Source: Cenococcum geophilum
Lineage: Eukaryota
Reading direction: 5' to 3'
DNA: 64,000 nt
Assembly: GCA_050273025.1 (NCBI GenBank)
Contig: CP158635.1
Span: forward strand, 11,284,001-11,348,000
A model generated the notes under the pieces. The model had not been told where the DNA came from and made no database searches. It was given only the letters and a program-made list of their open reading frames with translations. Positions 15,201 through 28,851 of this stretch are shown one piece after another (position 1 is the first letter of the stretch; each line of letters begins with the position of its first letter). The position numbers and the translations under genes are program-made.

Positions 15201-16172
15201 AACAAAGAATATACCTAAACTAATTAGACGAAGTTTATGCACCCTACTATATCATTAAAGTAGTGTACTAAAGGGCCGATTGCGATCCCTGCTAGCGTAT
15301 AATAACTTATTAGATTATAGGATTAAATAAAGCTACCGTATAACGGCCTCACTAAAAAAGAGGAGCTCTTAAAAAGAGGGCAAGATCTAATTACTATCAA
15401 GTAGGTTAATATCTAGGCATTGCTATACCACTAGTAGTAACTTTAGAACACTACGGTAATGTAATAACGCTATATTATATTTAACGGCTTACGTCCTACG
15501 CTCCTAATAGCTAGGGTATAGCAATATTAGGTTCTAGTTTAATAGCATTTTTACACTAAAGCAAAGCTAATATCTTAAGCCTCTATGCCTATTAAAGTCC
15601 CTTATTAGCTACTCAAGTCCTCCATTATAGTTAACTAGGACAGCTTAGCTTCCGCTATTAAAGATAGTATCTTCTTCTATACTTCGTATTAATCTTTTTA
15701 GTATCCGTTTTACTTAAGCAATTCTATCCAACTAACGAAATCGTCCATCCCGTCTATTCTTAGTGATTCCGTTTAATTATTTATTAACTCTAAGTTATAT
15801 AACTTCTAGTAACTATCTAACTATAGCCCATTCTAGGTAAACTATATAAATACTAAAGAATTGCATAGCTTTAAGGGATTAGGGCAAAAGGCTAATATTT
15901 TCTCTATCTATAAAACAGTTAGAGTGTAGGATATATATATAGAATAGCTCCTAACCTTAATAGACTTAGGTTTAGCGAATATTATACGGAAAATCTCTTT
16001 ATATTTACTTTTAAACCTCTAGTTCCAGTTATTATTAATACCCTTTTTTAAAGCCATTTAATACGCTGCCTTATATAAAAAGCTAAGATATTAAAGAGAG
16101 GGCAAAGGCTAAGGGAATTTTAGAGCGGGAAGAGGGACAGGTTTACTATTAAGATTTAGACACATCTAATTA

Positions 16173-16600
16173 AGAATTTCCCTCCCAGAAGTTAATGTTA
16201 GTTTCCCTAAAGAAGAGATAGTAAGCACTTATTTCCTTTTTTTAGAGCTAAGTACCGTAGAGGTAAAACTATATTAGACTTAGTGGTTATTAAAGCAACC
16301 TATTGATTTTTATTAAGGCGTAAAATGTCTCTATACTTCCTCTTAAATAGGTATCTTATAGGTTAAAAGATTAATACAAAGTATCCTAAGCGTGGCTTAT
16401 ATAACTCTAAGGATATTATAGTCGCTTTTATAAAGGATTGTATTACAGTAGCGTCCTACTAAGGAAGGGTTAATAAAAGTGTAGGAACGGTCTAAAAGTT
16501 AGTAAGCCACTACGCCTAACGCGAAGTCTCTATAGGGATACTCGGTTATATAAAGGGCGCTTTTAGTAGCGCCTTTACTCTTAACCGGGTTAACTCTCTA
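16173..16600 (-). pseudogene. Small hypothetical gene relic, paralog copy 2
   Basis: Aligns by eye with 11880-12270. Confidence 0.55.
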
Positions 16601-17162
16601 TCTTACTGCGTCGCAAGGGGAGGATATAGAGAATTATGCCCTAGTGGCTAAAGGTGTATATAAATATAACTAAAGGACTTCTCCTAAACGTGTATATTCT
16701 ATCTCTACTAGAGTATATTATAGAGCAAATAACCAATATAGTGTTCCTAGGCGGTTAGGTCCCTAAAGATGGAGAGAATATTTCTAAGGTAGATAGGGCT
16801 TCTTTACACAAATTTAAAGAGTTTTCAGAGCCGGAGCTAGGAAAAGTTAAAGTAAGGCTATTATCCGCATAATTACTAAGCGAAATTAACAAAGTTATAG
16901 GTTGTTAAGATAATTAGTGCTTATTTTAGCCTATACTCCAAGCTCAGAAGTTATATAACTTAATATTTAGACTATCTCTACTAGACGAGTAACTATAGTA
17001 CTAAGATCCTAGCACAATTTAAGCATAATAGACGCTAGGTCCGGTGTAAGAGCTAGTCTAATCGTATTTTATATATATAGGATAGAGGATTAGCTCTAGA
17101 TGGTTTAGGGAAATATATAATAAAGCTTAACCAAAATTTCATAAAAGTGGTTCGCGGTGCGG

Positions 17163-17378
17163 TTTAGACTAGTATATATATAGGTTTTAGAACCTTAACA
17201 GCCAGGCACTTCAATAGGCCTATAGCTATGGCGGCGATTAGGGCTTCAAGTGCTTATTTATACCCTTTTATTTAGACTAGTATATAGGTGGGTTTTGGAA
17301 TCTTAATAACTGGGTACTTCGTTAGGCCTAAAGCTACGGCGGCGCTTAGGACTTAAATTTCTTATATTTACCCTTTTA
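17163..17378 (+). repeat. 108-bp tandem duplication x2 (36-aa unit if coding)
   Basis: tttagactagtatata...tacccttttta occurs at 17163 and 17271. One frame reads LD(W)YxxGFWNL...SYGG(Q)...PFY twice. Confidence 0.7.
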
Positions 17379-17749
17379 TATACTTAGGAGACCTAAAGCT
17401 CTAAATAGTAGCTAGCCTCAAATCTCAAGAACTAAGTGCTCGGATTAGCAAGCTATTTCCCTACCCTATCTCTATACTTATTAAGAAATAAATCTTATTC
17501 TTCCCTAAAATATAATATCCGTAAATAAAGTTCATTATTTAACGCCTACAGTAATAAAACTTTAACCTTTGCCTATCTTTACTACCCGCAATACTAATAG
17601 CGTCCCTATATTTCTTAACGCCTAGAGTATAGTTAGAGAGTGAAGTAATATATACCCCCGTAGGGACCTTATCCGTATTATATACGCTCTAAGTTCTACA
17701 GACTTTTAGGTACATAACCTTTTATACATTTTCCACTAGTGTATATATA

Positions 17750-18955
17750 TGCATGCCTATGACCGGCTAAACTCCCTATTGGAAATTAGGTAGTAGAGCA
17801 TCCTTATATTTTTAGGAAGTTATCATAGTTTACGAGCTATATCTATAACTTAGCTTCTAAGATAAGTCTTCTATAAAACGCTATAAACAGTATTATAATA
17901 ATCTCACCATATTACACGCCCCTCTTTTTCGTAGAGATATTAAATAACCTATCTATAAATTAGCCTAGATATCCTAGATTAGTCCATCTTCTTATTAGAA
18001 TCACCTTTAATCCTCTTCCTAGATTATTAGTATCTCCTTTAACCCTCTTCCTAAAGCAGCTATTATAACTCTTCTATTACAGCCATTACCACTACTACCG
18101 CCGCCTCCGCCTCCACCTCCTCCGCCTCCTCCTCCTCCTCCTCCTCCTCCTCCTTATCCTCTTCAGGATAGCGATAGTCTAGAATTTAAGGATAAAACCT
18201 AGAAACTATGGAAACCGGCTATATTTATATAGCAAAAACTGTTACGGGAGATCGGCATCTATAAAAAAAGCAAAGTTATACTACTTTAGGAGGTTGCTAA
18301 GCGTATAACTAAGTACCTATCTATAAATAGTCCTAGGCTTAAGGTAGAGACTCTTTTAAAGGGACCTAAAAAAACCAAAAAGGAAAGGGACTCCACTCTT
18401 AAGAAGCTTAAAATATATTTAGAGGCATAGGGCGTAAAGGCTCTTATAGAGGAGGTCAAAAAAATTGCTAAAGATTCTCTAAAGGGTAGAAATAATACTA
18501 ATACATATTACTTTGGCCCGAATATTATTTAAGAACTTCAGTTAATAGCAAATATAGATAGTAGGGTTATAGTTAGCAAAGACAGGGAGCCTTTCTCTAG
18601 CATACTTAAAGCTTTCTCTAGCCTTCCAAAGATTTATATTCTTAATCTCTTCCTAGATAAGGAAAGAGACGATCTTTATTTTATTAACTATTCTATTTCT
18701 AAAGCCGAGTAGTTTTAAGGTTTAAAGAAAGTAGATTTCCTAAAGGAAGATTAGTATCTATCTACTAAGGATACAGACGTACAGGAGGGTAGGGAGACAG
18801 CGAGCTTACTAAACAAAGATTTCTCATTGTCTACTAGAAATAAAGCCGTATAAGAGGGTAGTAGAGCTAAAATAGGGGGAGATAGTTTTACAGTTCTAAC
18901 TATAGTGGAGTAACTAGGTAAGAGTTTCGGGAACAAAATTACGGGTTAGTAATAA
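17750..18955 (+). pseudogene. Proline-rich hypothetical protein relic containing a (CCT)n tract
   Basis: The poly-Pro (ccg/cct)n tract at ~18098-18153 is in frame with ~250 downstream codons interrupted only by TAA/TAG. The 5' boundary is uncertain. Confidence 0.5.
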
Positions 18956-19260
18956 TGTTAAGGGTTAATAAATAGTAAATAACTAAGTCCTATATATTTC
19001 TTATATATAATTAGCAGTAATATATTCCTCCTATAGGTTTAAAGCCTTTAATGTATACAAATTGCCTAATCTCCTATATTTAAGGTACTTTATCTATTAG
19101 CTAACTTATACAGAAATTGCCGGGAAAGGGTGCTTACTAAATAGTCTAAACAGTTTACTAGAGTACCGCACCAAGGATAGTCTTTTCCAGAAATTACCTA
19201 ACTTTTCTTACCATTTATAAGACAAGTTGGGCATTGCCTTAAAGGAACCTAAATATAAAA

Positions 19261-19440
19261 TATTAGCTATACTATCAGGAATAAGGCAAGCAGTCGTTAC
19301 ATAACGCCGCGGCACTAGCATAGCGAGGAGTCTTAAGCTCCTTACCCTTCCTTATTCTAATTAAATAAGATTTATCACCTAACATCACTATAACCCTACT
19401 TAAGTAGTCGTTATTAGTAAGTTACCCTATATAACCAACA
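19261..19440 (+). mobile_element. Degenerate solo LTR, family B (related to 27383 and 53069)
   Basis: Shares the core gccgcggcactagc..gcgaggag.cttaagctcctt and the 3' end aaccaaca. The 5' end and TSD are not resolved. Confidence 0.6.
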
Positions 19441-21672
19441 TATACCTTAAATTAGATTAGCGAGTTCCATTTACTATTATAGCTTTAAAGAGAATTTAAA
19501 TAGAGAAATCCCAACTAAAGTCCTAACTCTAGTTAAGATTCTCTATAGAGATTTAATTAGGGGTGCTGAAAGATATAGTAGGTATATAGTAGCAGACGCG
19601 AACGCTTTAAGCTAGAGGTAAAAGGAGTTAGAAAGAGGATTAATAGAATAGTAGGCAAAAGGAAGGAAACTTATCAGATATTTATACTTACTTTTAGCCC
19701 TAATTAGACATATATAAACTTATATTATCTAATCCGGTCTCACTACACCCCGCTATATATACGGCATATTATAGACACCTATCACTAAAGGGTATACCTA
19801 CGCTCTAGTAGCTAGACAGTAACCCGCATTTCAATTAGAGATATATATAGTATACACAGCTAAAAATCTACTTTATATTGGGGTGTAAAAAAGGGAACCG
19901 CCTTTCGACTATTAGAGATATTTTAAATTAACGGCGTATTATATAAACTATACCTAAGTCTATAGGAAAATTTAACCAATCCGTAATAAGCTTATAAGTA
20001 TAAAAATAAGGGGATTATAAGCGCCAATGGAATAGAAAGAGTGTATATTATAAGAGACTAGTGCAACAAGGCAACCGGGGCAAAAAGCGGTAGAGATAAT
20101 AAGGTAGGGCTAAATAACCAAATTAACAAGCAGGTTAGGGCGAACTTGCATTCTTAACCTTATATTAGGTATAATAAGTTCTATATACCATTAAATCTCC
20201 CTATCTTACCTTTAAAGGTTTATTAATATCTCACTACACCCTTCTAGAACCCAAGTTAACTTCCCTAAAGGGAGCGTTTTAGGAAAGTGTATACTACGAG
20301 TCTGGATATAATAACTTATAAACATATTTAACAAAGGACACCACGCTAAACTGTTTTAAATTTTCGAAACGTGCTAAGGCCTTTACTAAAGCGTTTTCTG
20401 CAATATAGGCAATGACCACTATATTTAGAGCTGTTCCACTTTATAATATAGTTATAGCAGAATAAATAGCCTATAATAGTTAGACTTTTCTTAAAATTAT
20501 CTAAATATATATAGGAACTTACTATAAGGGGTAAGAATTTAATAAATAGCATTATTAGCTCTTCTCTAGCAGATCAAACAGTTAATTCTAAAAATCTTAG
20601 GTGCATTCTGCACTCCTTAGTAAAAATAATCCCAGCGAGGGCAGTTAAACTATTTAACCATTATCCCCAACTTATCCTTGGCTTTTAGGCCACTACTAAA
20701 AATACATTTACCACAGACAATCTGTAATAAATTAGTTAATCTATTAAAATAGTTATTAGCTCTAAGGAGTTACTTATATAGCAGCAGCGTTCCAAAACAA
20801 ACATACGCGCGCTATTGTTCTTCCCTTTACTAAGAATATTTATATAAATAGCGCAATGCTTAGTATCGTTAGTTAGATTAATAACCTACTACCACTAAAT
20901 AAATATAGCGCTTGCTAAAGTTAAGTTAGTAGAGAAAGTTTTTTTAATATATTAATCCGATAACTCGACATTAAATGCAATATTTACCTATAATTAGAAA
21001 ATCGAAAATCGAGATAAATATTAGATATTACCTTAAGAGGATATCTTTCTAGCGGTCTTTATTTTAGTTTTATATATACGACCTAAAAATTTGCCATTTA
21101 CAGGTGCTTTTCTATAGGAGTATATCTGGGTGCGTTTATATCTAACTAACATACTATCTAATTTAAGGGTAAAGGCCGACGCTATAATGTAAAAAAGTAA
21201 AATATATAAGGAAAAAGAATTAAATAAAGTTTATAGTACTAAGGCGATTAAAGAAATGTATAAATGTAACCAGGTTCACCTTTTACTCCTAAAAAAGACG
21301 TATATATAAGGGTATATACCTAGTTTAGAATTATCTATTACCTTTATCGAGCTACCAGGTCGTTAAAGAGCCGTTTTAAAAAGCCTACCTAACCTATCTA
21401 ACTAACCTAATCCATCTAATCTACCTAATTCATTCTTTAGATAACGAGGCGTATAAGATTACGTTAGTAGTTCCTTAGGGAGTAACGAGCAACCCTACCC
21501 TTGCCACCGTAGCTATTTAAAAACTCTTTAAAAGGTAGAAGATAGTTTCTTATTAGGGGCATTTTTCTATAGGGTTATTATAGTAGGGATACGGCGCGTT
21601 ATAAGAGGATTTCATAGTAACTTATATCCTTTTACTATTACAACAAATCCCCTTATACCTTATCTTATTAAA

Positions 21673-22602
21673 ATGCTAAAAGAAATATCATAGCCGCAGG
21701 TGGTTGCATCACTAATCTATATCGCAGCGTTTTTCTTATATTTTATACTTACACTCCTAGTTATCTACAAAAAGGCGAACTTAAACGCTAGTATTGTTAC
21801 ATTAATTATAGGAGGCTAACTCTATTATTATATCTTACAGGAACTAATAGAAGTATAGTTTAACTCCCCCTCTCTTTAGGTGCGGGATAGTTTATAGCTT
21901 TAATTATATAGCTTAGGAATCCCAGATCTAAATAACTTAAACTCTTTACCTAATAAGGTTTAAAGTGCCGCTGTGGGAGCCCAAAGCCTTATTAGCGTAG
22001 CTTATAGTGCTATTACTAGTGCTATAGGTGCGGTATAAAGTTCTATAAATAATGTAGTGCCAAAGAACTGTAGTTTAGGCACGGAAAATTACACTATTAT
22101 ATTTAACGACCATGCCGATTATAGAAGCCTGCTACTTAACCTTATAAATATTCTACCCAAAGCCTTTATAAAGATCCTAGGCAATTAACTTAAGAAACTT
22201 TAAGCTATAGATGACGTATTAATATAAGTAACTTCTATAAATATTATATACTACTTAATTCCGGGTTTAGTTTTAGTCGTAATTCTAAGCTTAATATTTT
22301 TTTCATCTATATTTAAGCCTCCATCTTACTTTAAGGCTCGTCTTTAGGCCCTTAGTATTTAACTAAAAAGAATCCTTTATACACTATATTGTTTAGTTTA
22401 CTATATCCCCTTTTTAATTCCAGCTATTATTTTGCAAATTTTACTATTTAAAACCAAACACCTCCCCGATCATATTAAGGCGGAAAGGGGGGAGGTTAGT
22501 GGATATTGCTTAGGAGCTCTATGTTATATTATAGTTATAGTCTTATTAACCCTCTTTACGCCATTCTCAACTTCGGACATAAGTTACCTCTCTAATCTTT
22601 AA
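21673..22602 (+). pseudogene. Multi-pass membrane protein relic with a 'VPKNCSLGT' cysteine motif
   Basis: Hydrophobic N-terminus, an Ala/Ser-rich stretch, VVPKNCSLGTENY, then several hydrophobic segments, with RIP stops throughout. Confidence 0.5.
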
Positions 22603-22869
22603 GGGTTTTATACATTAATAGGTACTACTAATACTAAAAGCGTAGCTTTAAAAAGAAAGCAGGAGGGGGGTGTCCGGGAATTATATATTTAGTATAAATA
22701 TGTTTAAATCTATACAGTTTTCTTAAAGGTAGCACTAGGAGGAATAGAAATATATTAACCCTTCTTATAGGTTTTTAGCAATAATTATACTACGTTTACA
22801 TTATATAATCCATTTAAAGATTTAAATTACAGGTGGGTTATATTAGAGGGATATAGGATAAAATAATAG

Positions 22870-23375
22870 ACTAATAACTAATACTTAGACATTTAAAGGC
22901 AGACAGGCTAGCTTTTAGCACTCGGTATATATATTTACACTATATATCCTAGAGTATTAAGCTTTGTCTAAGCTTTCTATATAATAACTACTTAGTTTTT
23001 TATATTATAGAGAGTCTCTAGCCCCTAGGTATAGGCGAAATAAGTAATACAGAAATCCTTACTTAGTAAGGTCCCATTAAACCAAAATTGGAAACCTATT
23101 ATAGCTGTCTAGCTATCATAAGTTGGTACTATTTAGTTAACCTTTAGGGAGGTAAGATTATTATAAATAAGGCAAGACCCTCTAGCGTATTTATTAATGC
23201 TAAATAAAAACCATTAGTTATATATATTATCTAAGGCAGCATTATAGTCACTAAGCAGCGGAAGGCCGGGTATAGTATAGCTTTAGATAGGACCTATATC
23301 CATAGTAAGCGGGGCGGCGGTAGCGGAAGGAAGGAGGGAGATAATAGGGAGGATAATAATGGATATATATATAAT
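22870..23375 (-). pseudogene. Small secreted protein relic
   Basis: Signal-peptide-like N-terminus (..SIIILPIISLLPSATAAP). Downstream Tyr codons are compatible with RIP-converted Cys. Confidence 0.35.
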
Positions 23376-23679
23376 ATTATAACTTATTCCAATTTCTTAA
23401 ATATAGAACTTATTTAGATATTATACTTAATTATTTAAGGTCATATTAGACCTTAGAAAAGAATTTAGAAACTACTATAAGGCATAATATAACTAGAGGG
23501 GATAGAAGCGCTAAAATACGGAGCTAGAGTTAGGGATCCTTAATTAAGGACATTACAATTAGTAGTGCAGAGAACGCCTAATAGTGAACCTCTTAACCCT
23601 TCCTTCCCTAGCTATCTCCTAGAGACTATTAACCACGCGCACGCCTATAACTATTAATAGCTACTACTAACCAATACCG

Positions 23680-24760
23680 AAGCTACTTTAGGCCCCTGAA
23701 AATACCTATTATATTAAGGAAATGCTTCCTTCTAAAAATTAGTGGCCTTATATAATTACTCTCTTAAAATTACTACTTAACCTAGAAAGCAGATTTACTA
23801 TAAAGGACCTAATTTATTAATAAATCGTAAAGATAATTACCTATATAAAGCATACTTCTTCTATTTTTATAAATTTTACTAGTAACACCTAGTAAATACA
23901 TCTTCCGCAATTATAGAATAGATATCTTTTAGGAACAGTTTTACAGTTGCGATAATCCCAAGACACGCCCCACCCTATATTATTAATTAAATACAACTTG
24001 CCGTAAAGGTGCTCTTAACGCAATAAAACCTAATATCTGCTATAATTTATACTCCTACCTTTACAGCGATACGGACTAAAAAGATGCGCTTATACTTATA
24101 GACGATGCTATTTATAATAAACTGCTTATAGGTATAACTAATAAGAAGATTGTATTAACCCTTAACCTAATACCTAGTTAACAGCTTACAACTTTAATTT
24201 TCTGGCTTAAAGAGTCATATTATATAAGAGTCCTTAACTGCATAAGCGAGTAGGAGTTAGGAAGAGTAACTACAATTCTTAAGGTACGGAATCTAAGTCG
24301 TTATTATTATCCATATTTAGTTACGGTCGATCCATTATTTAAGTAATATAATAGCTATAAAGATATATATTCTCTAGGGGAAACTTAATAGATTATAGAT
24401 TGTAAGGTTTATACCGTCTATTAACGATATAAGTTAGATAAGAATAAGTGCCCAATTTATATACCTCTAAAGAACATTATCTCTTATTAATCGTCGGATT
24501 ACCTTATAGCAATTAAGCCTATACGTATAATAGTGCTTAGCATTATCTCTTAGCTAAATAATTTAATTTATTACGCCTTAGTACTCTTTAAAGAGGACGG
24601 GCCGATATATTAGTATAAGGTGCAGGTATTAGAAAGTTATTTCAGTAATATATTTACAGATAATCTTAAAGTTTTTAACTCTCTTCTAGTTAATTCACGA
24701 TTCTATAAAGTATAGTCTATAAGTAAATTCCTACTTAAATAGCTAGTATATCCTTTAATG
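23680..24760 (+). pseudogene. Hypothetical gene relic, tandem paralog A
   Basis: About 1.1 kb similar to 25405-26530 (e.g. aaagcagatttactataaa, aaagcatacttcttctattt, gataagaataagtg.cc.atttatatacctc). Confidence 0.65.
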
Positions 24761-24781
24761 GCAATTATAAAAGACTATATT

Positions 24782-25029
24782 TGTGACGGGCTTATATAAA
24801 TTCCTCTAAGACGAAGCTTATAGATTGCTACTATACAAAGATACTAAGCTAAAGAGAAGAAGAGGAGGAAGGCCCTTAGGGGTTAACGCAAATATAAAGG
24901 GGTCGCCAAGGTGCTAAGTGGTAAGCGAGCCAATAGCGATTTTCCATGCCTAGTATGGAAAATCCTAATTAGTTAGCAGATGTTAGGGTCGGCGGAATTT
25001 AGCAGGTAACGCGCCCTAGTACTATTATA
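24782..25029 (-). mobile_element. RIPed solo LTR (family A2)
   Basis: Termini tgtgac...agtactattata (= RIPed agtgccgttaca). The flanks atatt/gcatt are a TSD differing only by transitions. Shares acaaagatactaagctaa with 31549-31717. Confidence 0.7.
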
Positions 25030-25404
25030 GCATTAATATAGAGGATCTTAAGTATATAAGCTAGTATAAAGAAAAAATAATTAGTTTCTTATTAACTTAA
25101 AGTAATAATTTACGTTAATATATCTATACAGCCTAGATATAGATAAGATAGTACGTAAAAGAAAATACGATTTAGATTTAGATTCTATGGTAAGTTTCGC
25201 GGCAGAGCGGATAACTACTGCGGTTCTAGAATATCCTTAGGCTAATATATAACTATATAATTATCGGGATATAAATACGCGTTTAATTATCGCGAAGATA
25301 TTCCTAGTCTTTATAGAGTATGTCCGCTAGTATATACTTGAACCTATTTAGATATATGCGATAATATCACAACTAGCAGTCCTAGCCGTCGACCTCGCTT
25401 ATGC

Positions 25405-26460
25405 CAATGCTTTAGGTACCTAGAAATACCCATTACATCAATAAAATGCTCCCCTCTAAAAATTAAGGGCCTTACGCAATCATTTCCTCGGAATTACTAC
25501 TTACTTTAAAAAGCAGATTTACTATAAAAGACCTAACTTATTAGTTAATCGCTAAGATATTAAAGCATACTTCTTCTATTTCTATAGATTTTATAAATAA
25601 CACCTAATAAATATATCTTCACTAGCTCCAGAATAGATATCCTTAAAGAAGAGTTTTATAGCTGCGATAACCCAAATACGCGCTTTCGCCTATATTATTA
25701 ATTAAATGCAGTTTATTATAGGGATGTCCTTAGGGATATAGAGCATAATACTTACTATAATTTATACTCCCGTCTCTACACTAATTTAGATAAAAAAGAG
25801 GCACTTACACTTATAGATAATGCTACTCGCACTAAATTACTTACGCGGATGGCTAATAATAAGGCTAGAATATTAGCCTTCAACCTAATAAACAACCAGA
25901 ATTTCTTAACTATATTACGCTAGCTTAAAGAGCCACTTTATATAGGACTCTTAAAGGATATAGGCCAGGCAGAGTTAGAAAGAGCAATTTTAATTATAAC
26001 TATCTATAATAAAAGAGGAGGAAAGCAGCTGGCTCCTTCGCCATTAATTACGACCGGTTTATTATCTAAAATATACACTTAGTACAAAGATATTTATAGT
26101 ATAGGGGAATCCATATAGTCTACAGACTATTATATTTATTTCTTCTATAAGCGGTACAGACCTAATAACGATAAGAATAAGTGTCCCATTTATATACCTC
26201 CGAAGAATATTATCCTTTGCCAATTATAGAAATACCTTAAAGCATAGACTGGCAGAATAATAATAATCGGCCTTATATCTTAGCCAATATCCTTAATTCG
26301 CTATATCTTAGTAACCTTTAAAGGCAATAGGCAGGCGTATTAGTATAAGGTGTAGGAAATTAAATTTTATATAGGCAGGGAGAATTTTAGGGCATTGCTA
26401 GATAAGTTTAGAGCTGTTCCAATTAATTTACAATTCCGTTAGGTGTAATCTATAAATAGA
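25405..26460 (+). pseudogene. Hypothetical gene relic, tandem paralog B
   Basis: About 350 codons in one frame broken only by TAA/TAG (CFRYLEIPITSIKCSPLK...IFTSSRIDILKEEFYSCDNPNTRFRLY...). Confidence 0.65.
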
Positions 26461-27382
26461 TAAGCAAATAAAGGACGAAATTAAACCCTATAAGTATCTA
26501 AAATTCCTATTTAACTAGCTAGTATATTATTTAGCTTTAAATAAAATAATTAATACTACATTAGTATAAATAGTCCTAGGTAAGCAAGCAGTATAAAGAA
26601 AATCCATTAATTTTCTTATTACCTTTGGAAGAGGTACACTATCCCTTATAACGGTAGCGTCCTACTACTAAGTAATCATGCACTAATAAAATAATAATTA
26701 AAACATCTTAACTTAATCTAATTAGTTTAATAATTATAGGACATATTTTACAGTTATAAGGGATAACGCATCTACGTGCCAGGCCATCCCTTTATGCGGC
26801 AGAAGTCACTTTTTATATTAGGCGCTTTTAGCGCTTTTACTTAGGTTAGCATGCTATAGGCACCCTAGCTAGCGCGATTTTATTAGCAATCTCCACCAAA
26901 ACACGTCAATATTGCGATGCCGACAAAATATTATAGAAGGCCACCACTAAAAACACTAATATGTATTTAAGGAAGTTGAGCAAGAAGTCGTAATATATAA
27001 CGCTATATTTATAAATTTCTACCCTTCTTCTATTAACTAGCTACTAATTATATAGGAAAATCCTCTATTAAAGTCCACTAAATTACTACTAGGCAGTATA
27101 AGGACAACATTTTACTAATAATTTAAGGATTAAATAGACGGCGATAATATTAAAGCTTTTTAATTAACTACACTAAATATTATATAGGCTTTCTAGCCAC
27201 TTCGCTGCTGTTTACTAAGCGTTAATAAGGCGCCGGCACCCCTGCCACTAAGTAACCGCACTAACTAGAGGCTTTAATACTAAGCTATATATAATATAGA
27301 GCCTTTAGATAGGCTTATGGGCATATATATACAAAAAGTGCAAGAAACGGTTGCCATATAAAGGGATAGGTTAAATAGTACA

Positions 27383-27582
27383 TGTTAGGAATAAAGGTAA
27401 ATAGTTACTATATAAGGCATATTGCCGTCACGTATAGCAAATTACCATCACGTGCCGCCGCGGCACTAGCGTAGTGAGGAACCTTAAGTTCCTTACCCCT
27501 TTCTTAAAATTATCAAAAAGAAGAACAATTATTATACTATCTACAAACCGTAGCTACGTAATATCCCCTTATATAACCAACA
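27383..27582 (+). mobile_element. Solo LTR, 200 bp, family B
   Basis: Termini TGTTAGG...ACCAACA with TSD gtaca/gtacg. Homologous to 53069-53268. Confidence 0.8.
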
Positions 27583-28332
27583 GTACGTAAAAAAACATAA
27601 TATTTAGATTCTAAAGTATATCACTATACTTATAGAGAGTTTATACAAACATTTAAGCGCTATTCACTTCTTTAACCTTCCTTTTTAATGCTCGTATTAG
27701 CCTTCATTTAGTAACAAATCCTCCCGTAAATCCTCCCCAGTATTCTCTATTCCGGCTTCACCTCTATCTAGTCTATTATCTAGGGGATCTCTAGAAAGGT
27801 ATAATGGCGTAGAGGCTAAGTTATATAAAGGTGAAGATAAAGCTGCGGTGGGCGTTTCCGGTATATCTTTGGCCCAGTAAAAGGCCCAGTGGCCTATTTA
27901 AGAAATGCGAACCTATATATAACAACAACAGACTTGCCTTAGTATTGTGTTTTAGATAAGGATAATAACATATATATTTAGATCTTTAAGAGGATAAAGA
28001 TTTAAGTAAGTAGGATAATTATAATTATCCTAATATAGAAAGATAAGAACATGCTTACTAAAACTCCTACTAAAGAAATTTAATATTTTAAGGAGAATGA
28101 CTCCGCGTAATTCTAATAAAGGGTTTATATAATAGGGGGGTAAGACTAATAAAACTAATAAGACCGGTAACACATTACTTTTCGGCTAAGGGTAAAAAAA
28201 TAATATTTGACTATTATGACCTAGCCTTATACTAGAACCTTTTAGTATAATACGCTAATCCTTATACCCTAGTAGAGAATAATTTGAAATAATCTACGGA
28301 ATATTAACTCTATTAGCGGAACAATACTTAAA

Positions 28333-28851
28333 ATACAACTTCTTACTATAGCTTCCGTAGCTATCCTAGCTATCACTTCTATTATATAAGCTGCTTAAGC
28401 CAAAATCTATAATAAATGCTTATTTAAAGTCTACCTTTAGTTAGTTACTGCGGACTATTTATCTAATATAATTACTCTTTAGCCCGCTAATATCTATAAT
28501 AAGACATACCAAGTGCCTAATTATGGCGGCGTGTCGTTAAAACTCTTAATTACGGAAATAACTACAGACTCTGCCCCTATTACCTAATTTAAATACACTC
28601 TAGTAGAAGGCAAAATTTGGTATAATATATCAAATGTTAATTATATAACTAACTCCTGCCCTTTATAGCCCTACGGACTATATATATAGAGTGGCCTAGG
28701 CTGCCCAACTCGTAGCTATATTACTGGCGTACCTATTTACGCGGGCGCATATAATAACCCAAACGATAATAAAAATACTCTCTCTTATGGTGGGAATTCC
28801 AATATATTACTCTATCTATGCACTAAGACTCTTCCGCTTTCGTACTAGTAA
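28333..28851 (+). pseudogene. Bys1-like secreted protein relic
   Basis: De-RIPed frame: signal peptide, then AKIYNKC.FEVYLWSV...GGVSLKL...PITQFEYTL...IWYDISNV.C...CPF...AYNNPND...LYLC. This matches the recalled Bys1/thaumatin-like pattern. Confidence 0.7.

Noticed and set aside
18751..18936. 61-aa minus-strand ORF
   Set aside because: It is antisense to a longer plus-strand pseudogene frame.
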